DNA of 64,000 nucleotides from Octopus sinensis (GCF_006345805.1 NC_043007.1:42408001-42472000); one strand, 5' to 3'. Counted from the stretch's first letter, positions 16,479-31,844 are shown. Notes: generated by a model not told the origin, from the sequence alone. Program-made: numbers and translations.

Positions 16479-18215
16479 AACTGTCTGACACCTGCTGGGC
16501 AGACGTAGGTGTTCTATCATCATTGAGTGCTGCCTACTCATCCACCCGCATCCCATAGTCTGCCAAAAAGGAATCTCGCAGCTTTATCATGCTCTAGTTG
16601 CCAGTACTAACAATGATATATTTTTTTTGTCTGTATGGTTATTCAGCTGCATTCAGTTGATACCACTTCATTGTTAGTAGTAATTTGGTTGCCAGTGACC
16701 CACTGCTTACCAGCAGCAAATTCTACACCCAGCTGACCTTCAGGTCTTCACACACAGACACACAATCACACACACACACACTCACACAAACAAAACCTGG
16801 CCTTTTAATCTTTAGAAAACTTTTGGATTGCGAAAGAAGTAGAGTGTGGGGGGAGGGTATGTGGAATAAGTAACCATCTCCCATTGGTGTGTTTTGTTTC
16901 CTATGTGACAACAGTAGCTGTCTTTCCACTTACTCCTGTCTCTGCAGTTAATTTCAACTGTCTTTAATACAGGGCTTAATTAATCTTAGCTGTACTTTTC
17001 AGTCAATGGTTACTTGAAGCAGTATGTAATCACAGTAAGAAATGACTTCTTCCATCATTTTCCCCACCATATGTCATCTTTAGTCACTACCAAACATCTC
17101 TTTGTGGACAATCCAATATGTACACACATACACATGCATGTAATACATAAATCTACATATTTACAAATGTACATACATAATTATAGATGTACATATATAT
17201 TGTCGTACACACATACACATATTTAAACAAATATAAATACATACATAAATAAACATACATATTTACAAACAAGAATACAAACAAGAATACAAACATACAT
17301 GTTTACAAAGCACACAGATACGTAAACAAGTTTAATTTTCACAAGTATGAAACCTGTATAAGCTTTAAATCAAAAACAAATAATGTTTGGTTGAAGTTGT
17401 CTAATTTCTGTAAGATCTGTGCAGCTACTTACATTGTCGACCCTTCCCTTATCACTGCTATTGGCAACACTATTGGATGTTGTGTCAGCTCAATGTCACT
17501 CTGTATCTTTCCATCATTCTTTGATGGTAGTTTTCTCCTTTCCAAACAACAAAAAACAAAAAAATTGTAAAACGAAAACAAATTATATAAAACCCCTCTG
17601 ATTCTATGGTTGTTCTCTCTGATGCTTGGTCAAAGAATTGTCCTGCCTGTACATATATAATAGAGCAGGTATAAATAACATTCACAGCACTTCTTTTCTT
17701 ATTTGTTCGTTCTTCAATAGCGGACACTGACTTTCAAAGATGCTGAGGATATTTTGGTAGACGTTTTATAAGCGCGTGTGTTATAGAAATATCAAATCCA
17801 ATTGGAGCAGAGTTGAGTCTCATCATGGTGTAAATTTTGTATCCAGTGTTGCTGCTAAATAGTTTTTTCTCTCTCTCTCTCAAGCTCAATGTGATTATTT
17901 TTTACATGCTTCCTCTTTATTTAGCAGAAGACAGGCAAGCTCTTGAATTCTTCCAAGTTAGAGAAAATTTGGGGTTAGAGACCTCTGTATATGTCCAGTT
18001 TCCCTGTCTCCTTATTTCAACTTCTTCATCCTCTGAAGAAATTAAACATTTTGTTGTTGTTCGTTTATTTTTTGTTTTTTTTTTGTTTTTGTTTTTCTTG
18101 TTCCAGATGAAACTTCAAATAAAAGTCAATCAACAGATGTAATCCAGATGAATAAATTGATATTTTTCATAGAATTTCCCCTTCTTTTTCTTATCTCTCT
18201 ACATATCTATCTATT

Positions 18216-18265
<50 letters not shown>

Positions 18266-18490
18266 CATAATTTAAATTTAAATTTCCTATGGTGATGGGG
18301 GTACTGATTAGCTATTTAATTGCTGGAAACATCTTTTTTTGATTTCACCATTAACATTTTTGTTTTGAAAGTCTTTGATGATCAATTTAAATTTTTGTCT
18401 CTCTTCTCACCAACTCTTTTGTTACAAAGACACCATTTGAAAGGAATCACTCTGCCATTGTAGCTTCTGTATGCTTTTTAGAAAGTGAAA

Positions 18491-18556
<66 letters not shown>

Positions 18557-20829
18557 GTGTGTGTGTAGATGTACATTTGGATTTGCAAATGAGAGAAAAT
18601 AGTATTCACAACAATTAGAATTTAGTCTTGAGAGTATAATCATTTATTTGAAAATGAAGTCTCAGCTTTACATAAATGAATGAATGTGTGTGTGTTTGTT
18701 TTTATGTACAAATGGAAGAAAGAGTACTCAATGCATATAGTTTATTTACTGAGCAATTCATCAGCTTCCAAATATATATATAAATATATATACACACACA
18801 CAGACACACATATGCATGCACAAACGTTTTAATCCAACTTAAAGCTCAGTGGTCAAATACGCACACCAACACATATCCAGAACTGTTTCAGTTTAATTTA
18901 ACATCCTCAATATCCTGGACAATACCTTCTGCCCTACTAAAACTCTACAGAACAGGCAGGTAAAACATGGGGTTGCTGATTGCACTCAACACTCGTGGTG
19001 TATATATCCAGCACATGTTAGTACCAAGAGTGGAGTGTTGTGCTGCAGTTTCACACTTACCTGATTACCTACCTGCTACAGCTGTGACAATCTTCTTTTC
19101 CACCTGCCTCACACCCTCAGCACCTACTTACTGGATCCAGTCTTTCTTATGCAGTATTACTGCATCAGTTTTCTTTGCTGAGAAAGAGAGGCCTTGGAAT
19201 GGGGGAGGTACGTAAGCAGTATCAGTTTCTTCATCCATGCGCCAAACTCTGTATATCCACTGTCTCTGTTCACCACACAGAACTTCCCTGAACAATCAAC
19301 CTCTCTTCATAGCATTGCTTCGCACCTGCGCTCTCCTCTCTCTTGTAACTATCTAACAACTGTGATAATGGCTTTTTGCTTGTTTTACAATGAATTCATT
19401 TCACCCCACCTTGCACCTTACATTGTCTATCTGGTATTGACTCATGTCCTCACCCTCACTGCCCTTACCACTATGCTCACACAACTCATTTTGACCACCA
19501 CAAATATTACTGGTATTACCATCATACTGCCAGTGTTTGATTTGTTCACTTTTTTCTTCTCCAATTGAAAAGTCCTTCCCATTTGACTATATTACTTCAT
19601 AGCAGTTATTACAGCCTATTTTTTACTTTCTACAAACCTTTTACAATAAGTTAGACAAGCACAAACATGGCAGTTTTTATGTTTCACTGTCCTATCCTTC
19701 TCCCTCCCCCTATTTTACCTGTTTACACACACACACATGCACATACATACTCCTCCCTGTATTACTCCCTATTTATCTCTTCCCCAATTTGCTTTCCTTC
19801 TGTCTCTTACCTCCTCCCACTTCTGTCAATTTTTCCCCTGTCAATTGTGATTCTCCTTTAGCCAGGAAATGCTTTAAAAATAAGTTTCACTCCCATGGAA
19901 TGAAAGATAGCAACCCTACATTCCTCTAAACATATCAATGAAGTTGAAGTTTGCTGTTCAATTATTCTTTTTTTGTTTTGTTTTTGCTTTTTGAATATAT
20001 TCCAAATCAAAATCCAAACCCAGAAACACACAATCACAGAAACATGTTAAAGAGGCTTAATTCCTTTCCCATACTTTCTGTTGTTGACTTCTATGTTATT
20101 TCTTATCGTTTATAGTAAACTCTATTCTCTCTCACCCTATATCCTTCAGACTAGACCTAACATATATCTCCCAATTCAACACCATCCCCTGGTCCTTGGA
20201 TGCCCTTCCTTAACAGAGTTCATTCTCTTGCAAGCATTCAAACTGGACCTCAATCCCGATCAGATTCCCTTCCTCACATTTTTCCAACAGACATTGGTCT
20301 GCTGATGATGAGGCTTGACATCAGGGTAACATCATTCTCACTAATCTTTGAGAGCCTCCTAAGTTCATGAGTGCTGGCACTATTTCTTCTGATTAACTTT
20401 AAAGGGAATAAAAAAAAAATCACAACACTAAGATCGTTCTACAGACCTACATAAAGGAAGCTAGAATGTTCTTTCTTCATGTTCATGCTACCACACGCAC
20501 ACAAGTAAACAACCTGCAACATTTCAAACAGAACACATCTGGTTTACCACCATCACTACCTGGCCCTTGGGTATGTTTAGTGGAATCTGTTCTGTTTTGA
20601 GCATTTAGTCCAGCTCTTCAGTGTAAGGATGACTTTCTCCTTGACTAAACATTTTTTAAAAATCTCTTTATCCCTAATCCTCAGCATAGGATAATCTAAA
20701 AGAAATGATGGCAAACTCAGCCCAACAAGTAAAAGCAAATACATACACACAAATGCATAGAGACCTTTTTGCCAAATAAACTGTATATGAAATCAGAATT
20801 CTCTTAACTCTTTGCCTTAATTTTCAGTT

Positions 20830-21899
20830 GTTGTTAAGGCAACAAAGTGACAAAATTATTAGCACGATGGACAAAAATGCTTTGCAACACTACTTTCAGC
20901 TTTATATTCTGAGTTCAAATACCACTAGGGTTGGCTTTGACTTTCATTCTTTTGGGGTTGATAAAAAAGTACCAATTGAACATTCGATTTAATGTAATCA
21001 ACTGGCCCTTCCTTTAAAATTTCAGACCTTATGCTTATAGTAGAAAAAAATTACTATTATTTAGACAGGAAATTGGCAGAATCATTAGTGTGTTGCACAA
21101 AATACTTAGCATTCTCTGTAGCTCTATATGTTCTGAGTTCAAATTTCACCAGGGTTGACTTTACCTTTCCATCCTTTCAGGATCATCAATATAATCCCTT
21201 CCCCTTAAACTTGCTGGCCGTGTGCCAAAATTTGAAACCATTAATTATTATTATTATTTCTCTCTCTGGAGAGGGGAGGGGCATCATAAATGATTAAGCA
21301 CCAATAAAGGATAAAATGTTGTACTGTATTTATTTATTGTGATCAGTTAATTAAACAGGTTAATTAATCAACAGTAGTAGATTAGCAGAATGATTAGATC
21401 TTATTTTGTAGTAATGTATGTAATGATAGATCCGTATATTCTAATTTCAAATACTACCATGGGTAACTTTGCCTTTCATCATTCTTGAAGAATTGATAAA
21501 ATAATGTATCAGTGATATACTGAACTCAATTCATTCTAGATATGAAAGGATTAATTATAACAGAAGAATAAGTATGCCCTGTGTTCCACCATCAGAAACA
21601 AACTAGCGAGAGAGCCTCTATGTTAGTTGCTCACCCTGCTAGAAATAGCAGCTTAATTTTCCTTAAATTGCATCTTACCATTTTAAGGATTATGTAGTGC
21701 AGTCCCAGTTATACTGTTTTAATATAAGATGAGATGGTCAGATTAATTGGAAATGATCTGGAGCCAAACATCAGCTGTCACCACTTTGAATATTGTAGCC
21801 TTGCTTCTAAGTTGTATATAACTATTTATCCACCACCTACTAGTTATAAAATATTGTAAAGTGATGATAGACATTTAATAACACAGAATAACTTGAAAT

Positions 21900-21947
<48 letters not shown>

Positions 21948-24405
21948 TAGATGTTTCAGCATCAATGAGACTTAATCAGAAATTGTTGAGATTGTTAATG
22001 ATGAAACATATTACTTATAATTCTGCATGATGGTCAAAATGCTTAGTGGTATTTCGTCTGTCTTTACATTCTGAGTTCAAATTCTGCCAAGGTCAATGTG
22101 ATTGACTATCCCCGCTCCCACCAAATTTCAGGCCTTGTGGCCTATAATAGAAAGGACTATTTGTAATTCTAGTAAACTGTAGGGTAGCCATGTATCTTCT
22201 CTGTAGCAAGACACCTGTTTCTGTTGTCCCTCAATACTACTCCATGCCCAGTTGTGAGATCAGGTCTTGCAAGTTACTTGATGACCTTGCTAGTTCCAGT
22301 ACCCAGAACAAAGCTCCCAATATCTTCTGTAAAATGGTTGGCATTAGAAAGGGCATCCAGCTAGAGAAACCATGCCAAAACAGACAGAGCTTGGTGCAGT
22401 TTTCTGGCTTGCCAGTTCCTGTAACACTATCCAACCCATGCATTGAAAATGAACATTAAAAAATGATGATGATGTTGAATGAAAATATGAATTAATGGGT
22501 TTAACTCTTTTGTTACTAAATTATGATACAAGCTTCCAATTTTTAAAATGATCTAAATTAAAACCTTCCATCAAATTTTCATGTTAATTTTGTCTTAAAC
22601 ACCAGCTAAATCCCTCCTACACAATTGATGGCCTTCTGACTATGAGAGAAAACATTACTTTTATTATAATTATTGATGACTGAAATGCTAGAGCAGTGGA
22701 TAGAATAGTTGTGGTATTTAGTTGCATCCCTTTACTTTTTCAGTCCAAACCTCGTTGAAGCCAACTTTATCTTTCATCTTTTCACAGTTGATAAAATAAA
22801 TGCCAGTTAAATACTGGATTTGATATAATCAACTGATCCTTCCATCCCAAAATGTGTGACCTGGTGCCTGGGCCATGGATTAGAAGAAACAGAACAAAAG
22901 GCCTTGCAACATTTGTTACAGCTCTCTATATTCTGAGTTCAAATCCTGCAAAGATCAATATTGCCTTTCAGTTCAGAGAGATGAAAGGCAAAGTTCACCT
23001 TGATATAATTTTCTTTTCATTTCTGCAAAAAGTAAAAACAATCAATAATTTTCTCCTAAAGGATCCCTGTATTTAACCAGAACAGTCCATTGGGCTTGAA
23101 CTTTAAATTTATTTCTCTTCATACCAACCCACTCAAGACTGCTTGAATTAAATCCTTCAGGTTTAAAATGTTTCAGCACTGTTGTATTTCAATATATAAT
23201 ATTCACATATATTTTACTAAATCCCTCCAAAATCTCATTTCTATTAAAAATTCATTGAAACACATTGGAAGTCTATTCATTAGGAATATGGTCACAAAAG
23301 AATAAATACAGTTTTGTCCTTTAAAAAAAATGTTTGCATATTGAATTTGGGTTGGAGAGCAACCTGTGCTTGTTTCTTAAACTGTTAACCACTGTTACTT
23401 TTAGAAATGAAAATATTTCTACTATAAGTTCCATAAGGGTCAGTTTCATCTTTCATGAATCAACTGTAAATGTAACCCTACCTTCAGATTGGTAGTGTTA
23501 TACCTTTGTTATATATCATCACTTTTATTGTTATCAAAGGCAGTGAGCTGGTAGAATTATTAGTATGTTGGACAAAATGCTTAGCAGTCTTTCTTCCAAG
23601 TTTATGTTCTGAGTTCAAATACCACCAGGGTTGATAAAATAATTATCTGCCAAATACTGGGATCAATGTAATTGATTTACTCATTTCAAAATTGTTGGCT
23701 CTGTGCGTATAACAAAAAGATTATTATTATTATTCAAGACAAACAAGCCAGTAGAATCGTTAGCACACCAGATATAATGCATAGTGGAATTTTGTCCATC
23801 TTCATGTTCTGAGTTCCAACTCTGCTGAGGTCGACTTTACCTTTCATCCTTTCAGGGTCAATAAAACAAGTGTCATTGGAACAGTTGGCATGATGTAATT
23901 GACTACCCTCCTCCCCAACAATTTCAGGCCTTGTGCCTTTAGTAGAAAGGATTATCATTATTACTACTGCTACAAGCAGTGAACTGGCAGAACCATTAGA
24001 GCATCAGACAAAATGCCTTGCAATGTTTCTTGTCTCTTTGTTCTGAATTCAAATACTGCTGAGGTCAACTTTGCTTTCATCCTTTCAGAGTCAGTAAAAT
24101 AAAGTACCACCAGCCAAATACTTTGGTCAGTATAACCAACTTACATCTCCCCACCTCTCAAAATCACGAGCCTTGTCCCTAAAACAAACAATTATTATTA
24201 TTGGTCAGCTGACAGAATCATTAGCATGCCAGACAAAATGCTTGGCAACATTTTTCCAGCTTTATGTTCTGAGTTCAAGTTCTACCAAAATCAGTTTTGC
24301 CTGTCATCCTTTTTGAGTCACTAAAATAAGTATCAGTTGATGAAATCAACTAGCCCTCTCCCCCAAAATTTCAGGCTGCGTTCCTATAATAGATCTATTA
24401 TTGTC
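20830..24405 (+). mobile_element. Cluster of about ten same-strand old SINE copies (family B, Meta/MESC-like core), several head-to-tail
   Basis: Repeated tgttctgagttcaaat...gtcaactttgcctttcatcctttc...gataaaataagtacc...tttcaggccttgtgcct units joined by (ATT)n. Confidence 0.8.
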
Positions 24406-25989
24406 TTGGTAAGCACCATAAGCCAAGAATTAAGTTTCCAGAGAAACTTAGTTTGTGATCCAGATTCAGTCCACATTTGAAATTATTTCATTAAATACTG
24501 CTAATGCTTTGTTTTTACATTATATTTTTTTTAGAAGAATATTTATAATCATACAATTTTGAAACAGTGTGTGGCTTTGTTCTATTATAAAGAAATAGCT
24601 ATTTATTACTAAATGTTAGATGACAGTAGATTGTCCAAATTGGTAGAGCTCCTGACAAAGTGTAGAACCTAGTTGCATCACTTCAGATCCTGTCAAATTC
24701 AACTTTGCCTTTTGTCCTAGGGGTTTAGTTCCAAATCCAGTAAAACATTGTGATTAATTCAACTAATATCTATCATCATCATTATTTAACTTTTCCATGC
24801 TTGAATAGTATGAATGAAACAGAATTCATTGAGGCAGATTTATTATGAGCAGATGCCCTTCCTGTTAACAAGCAAGGTAATATTTCCCCATGGTCAAACA
24901 TGTTTTCACAAGACTGGAAATAAATGATACTAATTGTATGATGGTGTGTATGATGGTGATACTCATTTACAACTGCCAGACTCTGTCTAGACAAGGAGAT
25001 TCAAAAATGCATACACAACCATATGCATACTTGTATATATATATATATATATATAATGGGCTTCTTTCAGTTTTCATCCCCCAAAACCACTTAGAAGGCT
25101 TTGGTTGACCTTGATGCTGTATTAGAAAACACTTGTCAAGGTGCCAAACAGTAGGTCTGAACCCAAAAACATGTGGTTGGGAAGCAAATTTCTTTACCAC
25201 ACAGCCTATAAAATTAGAGCTTCTTTATTGTTATTTTGTTGTCAGATGCAAATCTAATGAAAAATCTTGGCCAAAAATAAGATTTCTTCATCTTAGTTCA
25301 ATATGCCTTTGAAATGACTACTTCCAAATATAAACTTATCTAGACACAGAAAGTATATTCTCTTTTGAAATACCATTATCTTTAGAAATTCCCATGATGA
25401 GAACATAAATATTTCAACTCTCCCCAGAGGTGAGCAATAATGATTGTAGTTTCCAGAAGGAATATTTACAGTTTCTGCTGAAAGTTTTGGGATTTTCAGT
25501 TCATTCCTCTAAGAATTTCAATGAAGAACGATACATTTATACAAAAGTTGAAATTTTTATCATATTGGGTCCGCTGGATATTCACACTTTTCTCAGGTAT
25601 ATTTAATGGTGAAACTGAAATGGCTGCAAATGAGAATAGTAGTAATTTAGTTATGAACTTGACTTGCTTTTCTTCTATAGCCCTTTTTATGTCTTCAAAT
25701 ATTGCTTCTTACTTATATTCTAAACCACAAATTTAGAGAGGAGCAAAAGAAAACTACAAGATATGTTAAAGAATTCAAAAATAAAAGAAACAAATTGTTT
25801 TCACAAAACTACTTGTTACTCAGTGAAAGATGTTCCAGTCATGACCACACCAGCCTGTATTCAGTCATATTTTATTTTATCTATTACATTATCCAGTATG
25901 CTCTTTTTCTAAGACAGTAGTATTTGAGGTGGATTTGGCTGCCAATTCTAGTAGGTTGATCAGCTGTGTGTAAGCACCTTCATTGCCTT

Positions 25990-26020
<31 letters not shown>

Positions 26021-29000
26021 TTTACAAAACAAGTTTTCAGACCTAGTTAGCTGAATTCTTACTCCTTACTGATTTTAATAAATAATAATCCTTACTGATT
26101 TTAATAAATAATGCAATAGGTACCAGGCCTGAGATTTTACGGGAGGAGTCGAGTCAATCACATCAACCCCACTGCTTGACTGACACTTCATTTATCAGCC
26201 CCAAAAGGATGAAAGGCAAATTCAACCACAGCAGAATTTGAACTCAGAATAAAAATTATAATGGTTTCAAATTTCAGTACAGGGCAAGCAATTTTTGAGG
26301 AGAGAGGAAAGTCAATTATTACCTCAGACCCAGCACATGACTGGTATTTATCTTAATGATCCTGAAAGGTGAAAGAATAATAATAAACTATATGGAAGTC
26401 AGATTGTTTAGTCTCAACAACCAAAAATTAGTTACTAGTTCTATCCCTTCTACCTCCCAGACTAACTATAATCTTACAATAAGTTTGTGATGGAAACTAC
26501 GACATTTTGCCATTAGGAAGAGATGTTTAACTCTTTAGAGAAAGATTAAATGTTCACTATTATTCAGCAATGTCAGGAAACAGTCTCATTTGTCTTGGAT
26601 GAAAAATCCTGCCTGGATTTTTCATAAAAAATATGAGACAGTTTTCCTGATATTAGACTTCTCTTCCTTACTGCACATTACAAATTTTTTTTGTTCTGAC
26701 TATTTGGCAACACAATCTCTTCAGATTTTCTTGTTTCACTTTCATCTATTGTTTCATCTATTCACTTTCATCTTATTGTTAAGATCCTTACAACTGCTAT
26801 AAAAAATTTACAACAAAATGTTTAACTCTGACTATAAAAATTACACATTTTAATCAGATTCTCAAAAATAAGTTGTTTTTTTTTTGTGGGAGTTTTATCT
26901 CTAATTCCTGAAATAATAGACGTTCAGATGGAAATAGGAATTTACTTACTCTGAAAATTAGAAACATTTTAGACAGGATTTTTTTTAAATGGTTTTCATT
27001 TCTAATAAATTTACTTATGCTTTTACCATTCTTAGACTCTGGATATGGCACCAACTTTAAGGTTGTGTTCCATCTATCATATCAACTTCAGTAATTTTAT
27101 TGATTGCTATTTGTCAAATGATTCAGTCATCTTTTAAACATGACAGTATACATAAGCATCACACACATACACATATAGAAGACAGACTTTAAGTTTCCAG
27201 CTAACTAATTTTACTGACAAGGCATTGGTCAACCTGGAGCTATAAAAGTCACTTTACCAAGATGTCCTGCCATAAGATCAAACTTGGAAACATGGTTGCA
27301 AAAAAATTTCTTAATTTATGACAATTACAATAAAAGCTATTATAAACTTCAATGATTTCCTCATAAGGCAGACTGTTACTTAGTTCACATTTCATAGCAT
27401 TAAGCAGGTGAAATTTGACAGTCCAGTACAGAAGTTATTGCTGCCAAAAGATCTTGTATCTGTGTCTGACAATTTACATAAAGTTTGTCTTGAAGAAAGA
27501 AATATCTTGAACAGAAAGAGATAGAGATATAAAACATCTGCTGTAGATATAAACATAGAAACAATGCATTGGTAGCCCAATATTCTAACCACTCAATGTT
27601 TTTGCCACTATATTAAATACTGACCATATAATCATCCAAAGAACTGCTATATAACTCTTGTTAAATATGAGAGGAATTTCCTGTTAGTTAAGAGTTTATC
27701 AAGGGTAACTTTCTTGGAAAAAGCTTCATGTGTAGTTTGTAATTAGATAAACTGAAACAAGTAGGATTAAATACTGTATAATTCATATGAATTTATAAGC
27801 TTCAGGAGAACATGAAATAATTCTTTTTTGGAACATTGGATCTTGAAGCAGATAAACTATAAATAAAAGTATGTAAATATTTGGTTAAAGGGTTTTTTAA
27901 CCCAATATTCATACACCATTATTTATAGCTTATCTACTTCAAGAACCAATGTTCTGAAAAACTATAATTCTTCACTAAAAATTCAAATGAAAATTGGTTT
28001 TGACTAATCTTAATAGCTAGCTCAAAATATCTTAATTACTGCTCCAGTTCCTACAAGGTAAGACAGCAAGCTTTTCCAAAGCCTTAAACATTACCAACAT
28101 ACTTTCCTGCCAAAGAAAATATTTTTAACTTTGTGTTTAATTCATTTTTATTATTATTTACATTGTATTTTTCTTTTATAATCATTCATCTTCAAATACC
28201 CTAGCAACCTGACTCATCTCTCATAACTGACCACTTTGTATTCAAACTAAGCTTGATCTCAAAAATAGTTCATATTTACCATAAAAGAACTACCGAATCT
28301 TCCTGTTATATTATTCCCACAATTCTACCCTAAGATAAGCATTCTTGAGGAGAAGTAAAAAGCAACACTTTGCTGCAACTTGAATTGAAAATGGTAGCAA
28401 TAATGCTGCACAAGTGCAGTTCTTGGTTAAGACCATTTAACTACAGAGATGCTCTTCTGAAAATTTTGTCGTTGAATGTTTGGCTTAATGTACTGTATTG
28501 CAGCATTTGGCTGCAGTCTTTTGTTCTGCCATCTGCACATTGCAGCTTCCTTTAACAGCATAGCAAGTGTTTGCAACGTGTTTTGAAACTGGCCATGGTA
28601 GTAGCGATAGTGTTAGAGCAGATACTCTATTGCAACTGTCTGCCATCATAAACATTCTTGTCGCTTCAATGTGATTTCAATAAAAAATATATAAAATAGC
28701 TTTTTTTTTGTTTTTTGACTTTCCTACTTATCACACGGAACTGTTTTCTTGTCTGATTCAACTACCTAACTTTTTATTTCTTGTGCCTATTTTATTTTAT
28801 TCATGGCAAAATCAAAGAAGGAAAGGCTTTACCCATAACTTTCTGCTGGGCCTTCAAATATACCGGAGTGAAGGAGAAACTAAGAGACTAAATTGGAATA
28901 CTTGCAATGTAGTGTGCTTTACTAAAGACACTGAAAGGGCAGTTGATGATAAGTCTAAGCAACAGATTAACTCTACTACCTAAAAGCGAGTAGAATTGGT

Positions 29001-30793
29001 CCAACAGGCTTCTACACAACTTTCATCATCCTGATTTCATTCATAAGGTTTGAGGTTAGAGTCAGCCCAGGGATATGGGGAAAAAATATTTCCCAAGGTG
29101 CTGCACAATAGGATCAAAACTGGAACCATGATTACAAAGAGAACTACTAAACTACACAGCTATATGTGTGTCTACATCCTTTAATTTTACAATTTTGTTT
29201 TTGATTTTTTTTTCCTGCATGGATTCCTGGGTTGAGGAAAAATATATTTCTCAAGGTGTTGCACAATAGAATCAAACCTGGAACCATGTGATTACCAAAT
29301 GAACTGCTAAACTATATTAGCTATAAGTGTGTTTATACTGTTTCTTGATACAACAATTCTTTTTTTTTTCCTGCAAAGTATCCACTGCAGATCTTCAAAA
29401 CATTGGTCAGCTACAACATTAAAATGTATCTCTCTCCATAGTTTATACAAGTGGATATAGCTACTTTTTGGGATTTTTTTTTTGTATTACCATTTCCTTT
29501 TAATAACCAGTTCAACCAGACAGCAGCAAGTTCAAGTTATTGAACTGTAATTTTTATTGTTGTTGTGAAGTTTTATGCAAGAGACAGGTAAAATATTGAT
29601 ATCTTTTTAACATGACGTTCAAAAGAAAAGGGGGATTTCCAGCTGAATTAATCCCAATATATATATATATATATATATAGTCTGTGTGAGCAAGCATGGC
29701 TGTATGGTTAAAAAGCTTACTTCACAACCACTTGGTTCCAAGTTGAATGCCACTGCCTGGCACTTTGAGTAAGTGTCTACTACTGTAGCTTTGGGCCAAC
29801 CAAAGCCTTGTGAGTGGATTGGGTAAACAGAAACTGACAGAAGCTCATCATGTGTGTGTATAAATATATGTGTGAGAGTGGGTGTTCCCTTGTCTTCACA
29901 TAGTAAAAGAGTGCCAGCATCATACAAGCAGTGTCTTTTGTATCTAATTTCTCATGTAAATATGTGCAGCCATGAGAAAATATCTATTACCTTACTGGGA
30001 AGCAGTGATGGGTTGGTGATAGAAAGGCCATCAGCCTGAAGAAAATCTGCAAATTCTATCTGATCCATGTGAACATGGAAAAGTAGACAAAATAATTATG
30101 AGGAGAGTGTAATTACTCCTACAAACAGTTTCATAGGCCACAAGAAGATAAATGACACTAAAGACATTGTACTGTGCCTTTGGACAAGGTATTTAATTCT
30201 TGCCTTGCTTTCTACTTGGTATTATTCTTACTAAGGCATTGGAGCTGGCAGAATCGTTAGCACACCAGGCAAAATACTTAATGGCACTTCACCCACCTGT
30301 ATGTTCTGAGTTCAAATTCTGCTGAGATTGACTTTGCCTTTCATCCTTTTGGAGTCAATAAGTGTCAGTTGAGCATCAAGATCAATTTTCTTTTTTTTTT
30401 TTCTTTTGGGGTTGATGTAGTCAACTGGTCCCCTCTCCCTAAATTTTAGGCCTTGTGCCTATACTACAAAGAATTATTATTATTACTACCTGAAGAAAGG
30501 GTCTGTGACCATGGCATTTACAGGCCAACAAAAGTCATATGATTAATGTTCCTCTTGAACAATTACAAGTCAACAGCTGCAGGAAAGGAATTCCACCTCA
30601 GAGCTGAATGTTTAGAAACAGAAAAGATGTCTAGCAGTAAAACTTCTATTACTTCAAGAGTATGAAATTGTTTCAATTTGAAATAAAATAAACAAAACTA
30701 ACTCTTGGTAACAAAGAAAATTCATAGAACAAAATAGGAATGTGATGTTTTTTTTTAAGAATATTTTTAATGAAAATATATTGGTTTGTTTTT

Positions 30794-30919
30794 TTATATA
30801 GTATCTTCCTTAACAGTGATTTTACAATTTTCATCAGTTAAAAAGATTGGTTCTTTCTTCTGCTCTTGTTTTTCACTAATTTCCTTTGGTAGCATTTTCC
30901 AAGTAAAAGCACCATGGCG
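30794..30919 (-). CDS. C2orf73: C2orf73/CIMIP6-like exon 4, last (RHGAFTWKMLPKEISEKQEQKKEPIFLTDENCKITVKEDTI*)
   Basis: Polypyrimidine tract and catttag acceptor, phase 0; joins PIRGK to give GKRHGAF as in human C2orf73 (QGKRHGAFV); TAA at 30796-30794. Confidence 0.85.
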   Translation of the reverse strand, partial: RHGAFTWKMLPKEISEKQEQKKEPIFLTDENCKITVKEDTI

Positions 30920-31844
30920 CTAAATGTGGGATAAAGAAATTGTTAAAATTAAAGAAATTGTCTATTATATTGCGTTAGTTCCTAATACTATCTCTTATCT
31001 AATTCAAGACTTCATTAAAGGTATCTACAGACTTCTTCAGTAAATTATTAGTTTATATAAGAGTAAATCTGAATCTTTACTGCCAAAAAGACTTCCTTCT
31101 TTCTAGCATCAGGCCAATGAATGGCTACTGGTAACTTTCTTGACATACACACACAATGCTTGTCATGGAAATTTTGTGTGAGATACAAAGGTGGTTTTCC
31201 CCTGCTTTCCTTTGGATGCTTTTAACAAGATGCTGTTTTGTAGTTCGGAAAGAAAGGAGACAAACTATCCTCAAGACTTGAATATTTATTTGCCAAAACC
31301 AAAGCTGACCTTAGCAAGATTTAAACTCAGTATAGAGAGCTAGGACAAATATCATAAGACAATTTATCCTACACTTGCTCTAATAACCATGCTAATTAAA
31401 AGTTTAATTATTTTACGCACGGAGTTGACTGAAATACAGAGGTTTGTTCTGCATTGCATTATGGCATCTACCAACTAATATACTCTTCATTTTACATTGT
31501 TTTTTTTTTCCCAAGTCGTTGGCATTGATAGGAAGAGTTTTACCACTCACCCACAGTTCTTCATTTTCTAGAACACACAGCAACACAGAAAACACCAGTT
31601 TTGTTCTGGTTTATGTCAATATATTTTTCTGAGAGAAGCAGAACATAGCTTTTTATCCCTGGATGTCATTGCTGTCACCAACCACATTGCAACACAAACT
31701 AGATGCATTTTAACATGCCACCAGCACTAGAAAGAGTGTCTGCAGCAAGATTCAATCCTTTCTACTCAGCATCAGTTTTTATTTGGAGTTACTGCTATCC
31801 TAGATACATTTCGTGTATTGTATTCAGTTCATTCATGAAGAGTT

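Noticed and set aside
17920-18050. Minus-strand acidic peptide SSEDEEVEIRRQGNW
   Set aside because: No convincing acceptor or partner exons; probably PACS 3' UTR or downstream sequence
25230-27620. Coding-looking stretches (EAIFEDIKRAIEEKQ, DETIDESETRK, KQVKFDSPVQKLL)
   Set aside because: Interrupted by stops and frameshifts, on inconsistent strands, with no recognisable family; needs BLASTX
28370-28680. Short ORFs on both strands
   Set aside because: Faint resemblance to a decayed RTE C-terminus only; too weak to call
31551-31567. 17-nt microexon candidate (ENEELW) with a strong gtgagt donor on the minus strand
   Set aside because: Would break the frame between PIRGK and RHGAF, which join directly as the conserved GKRHGAF
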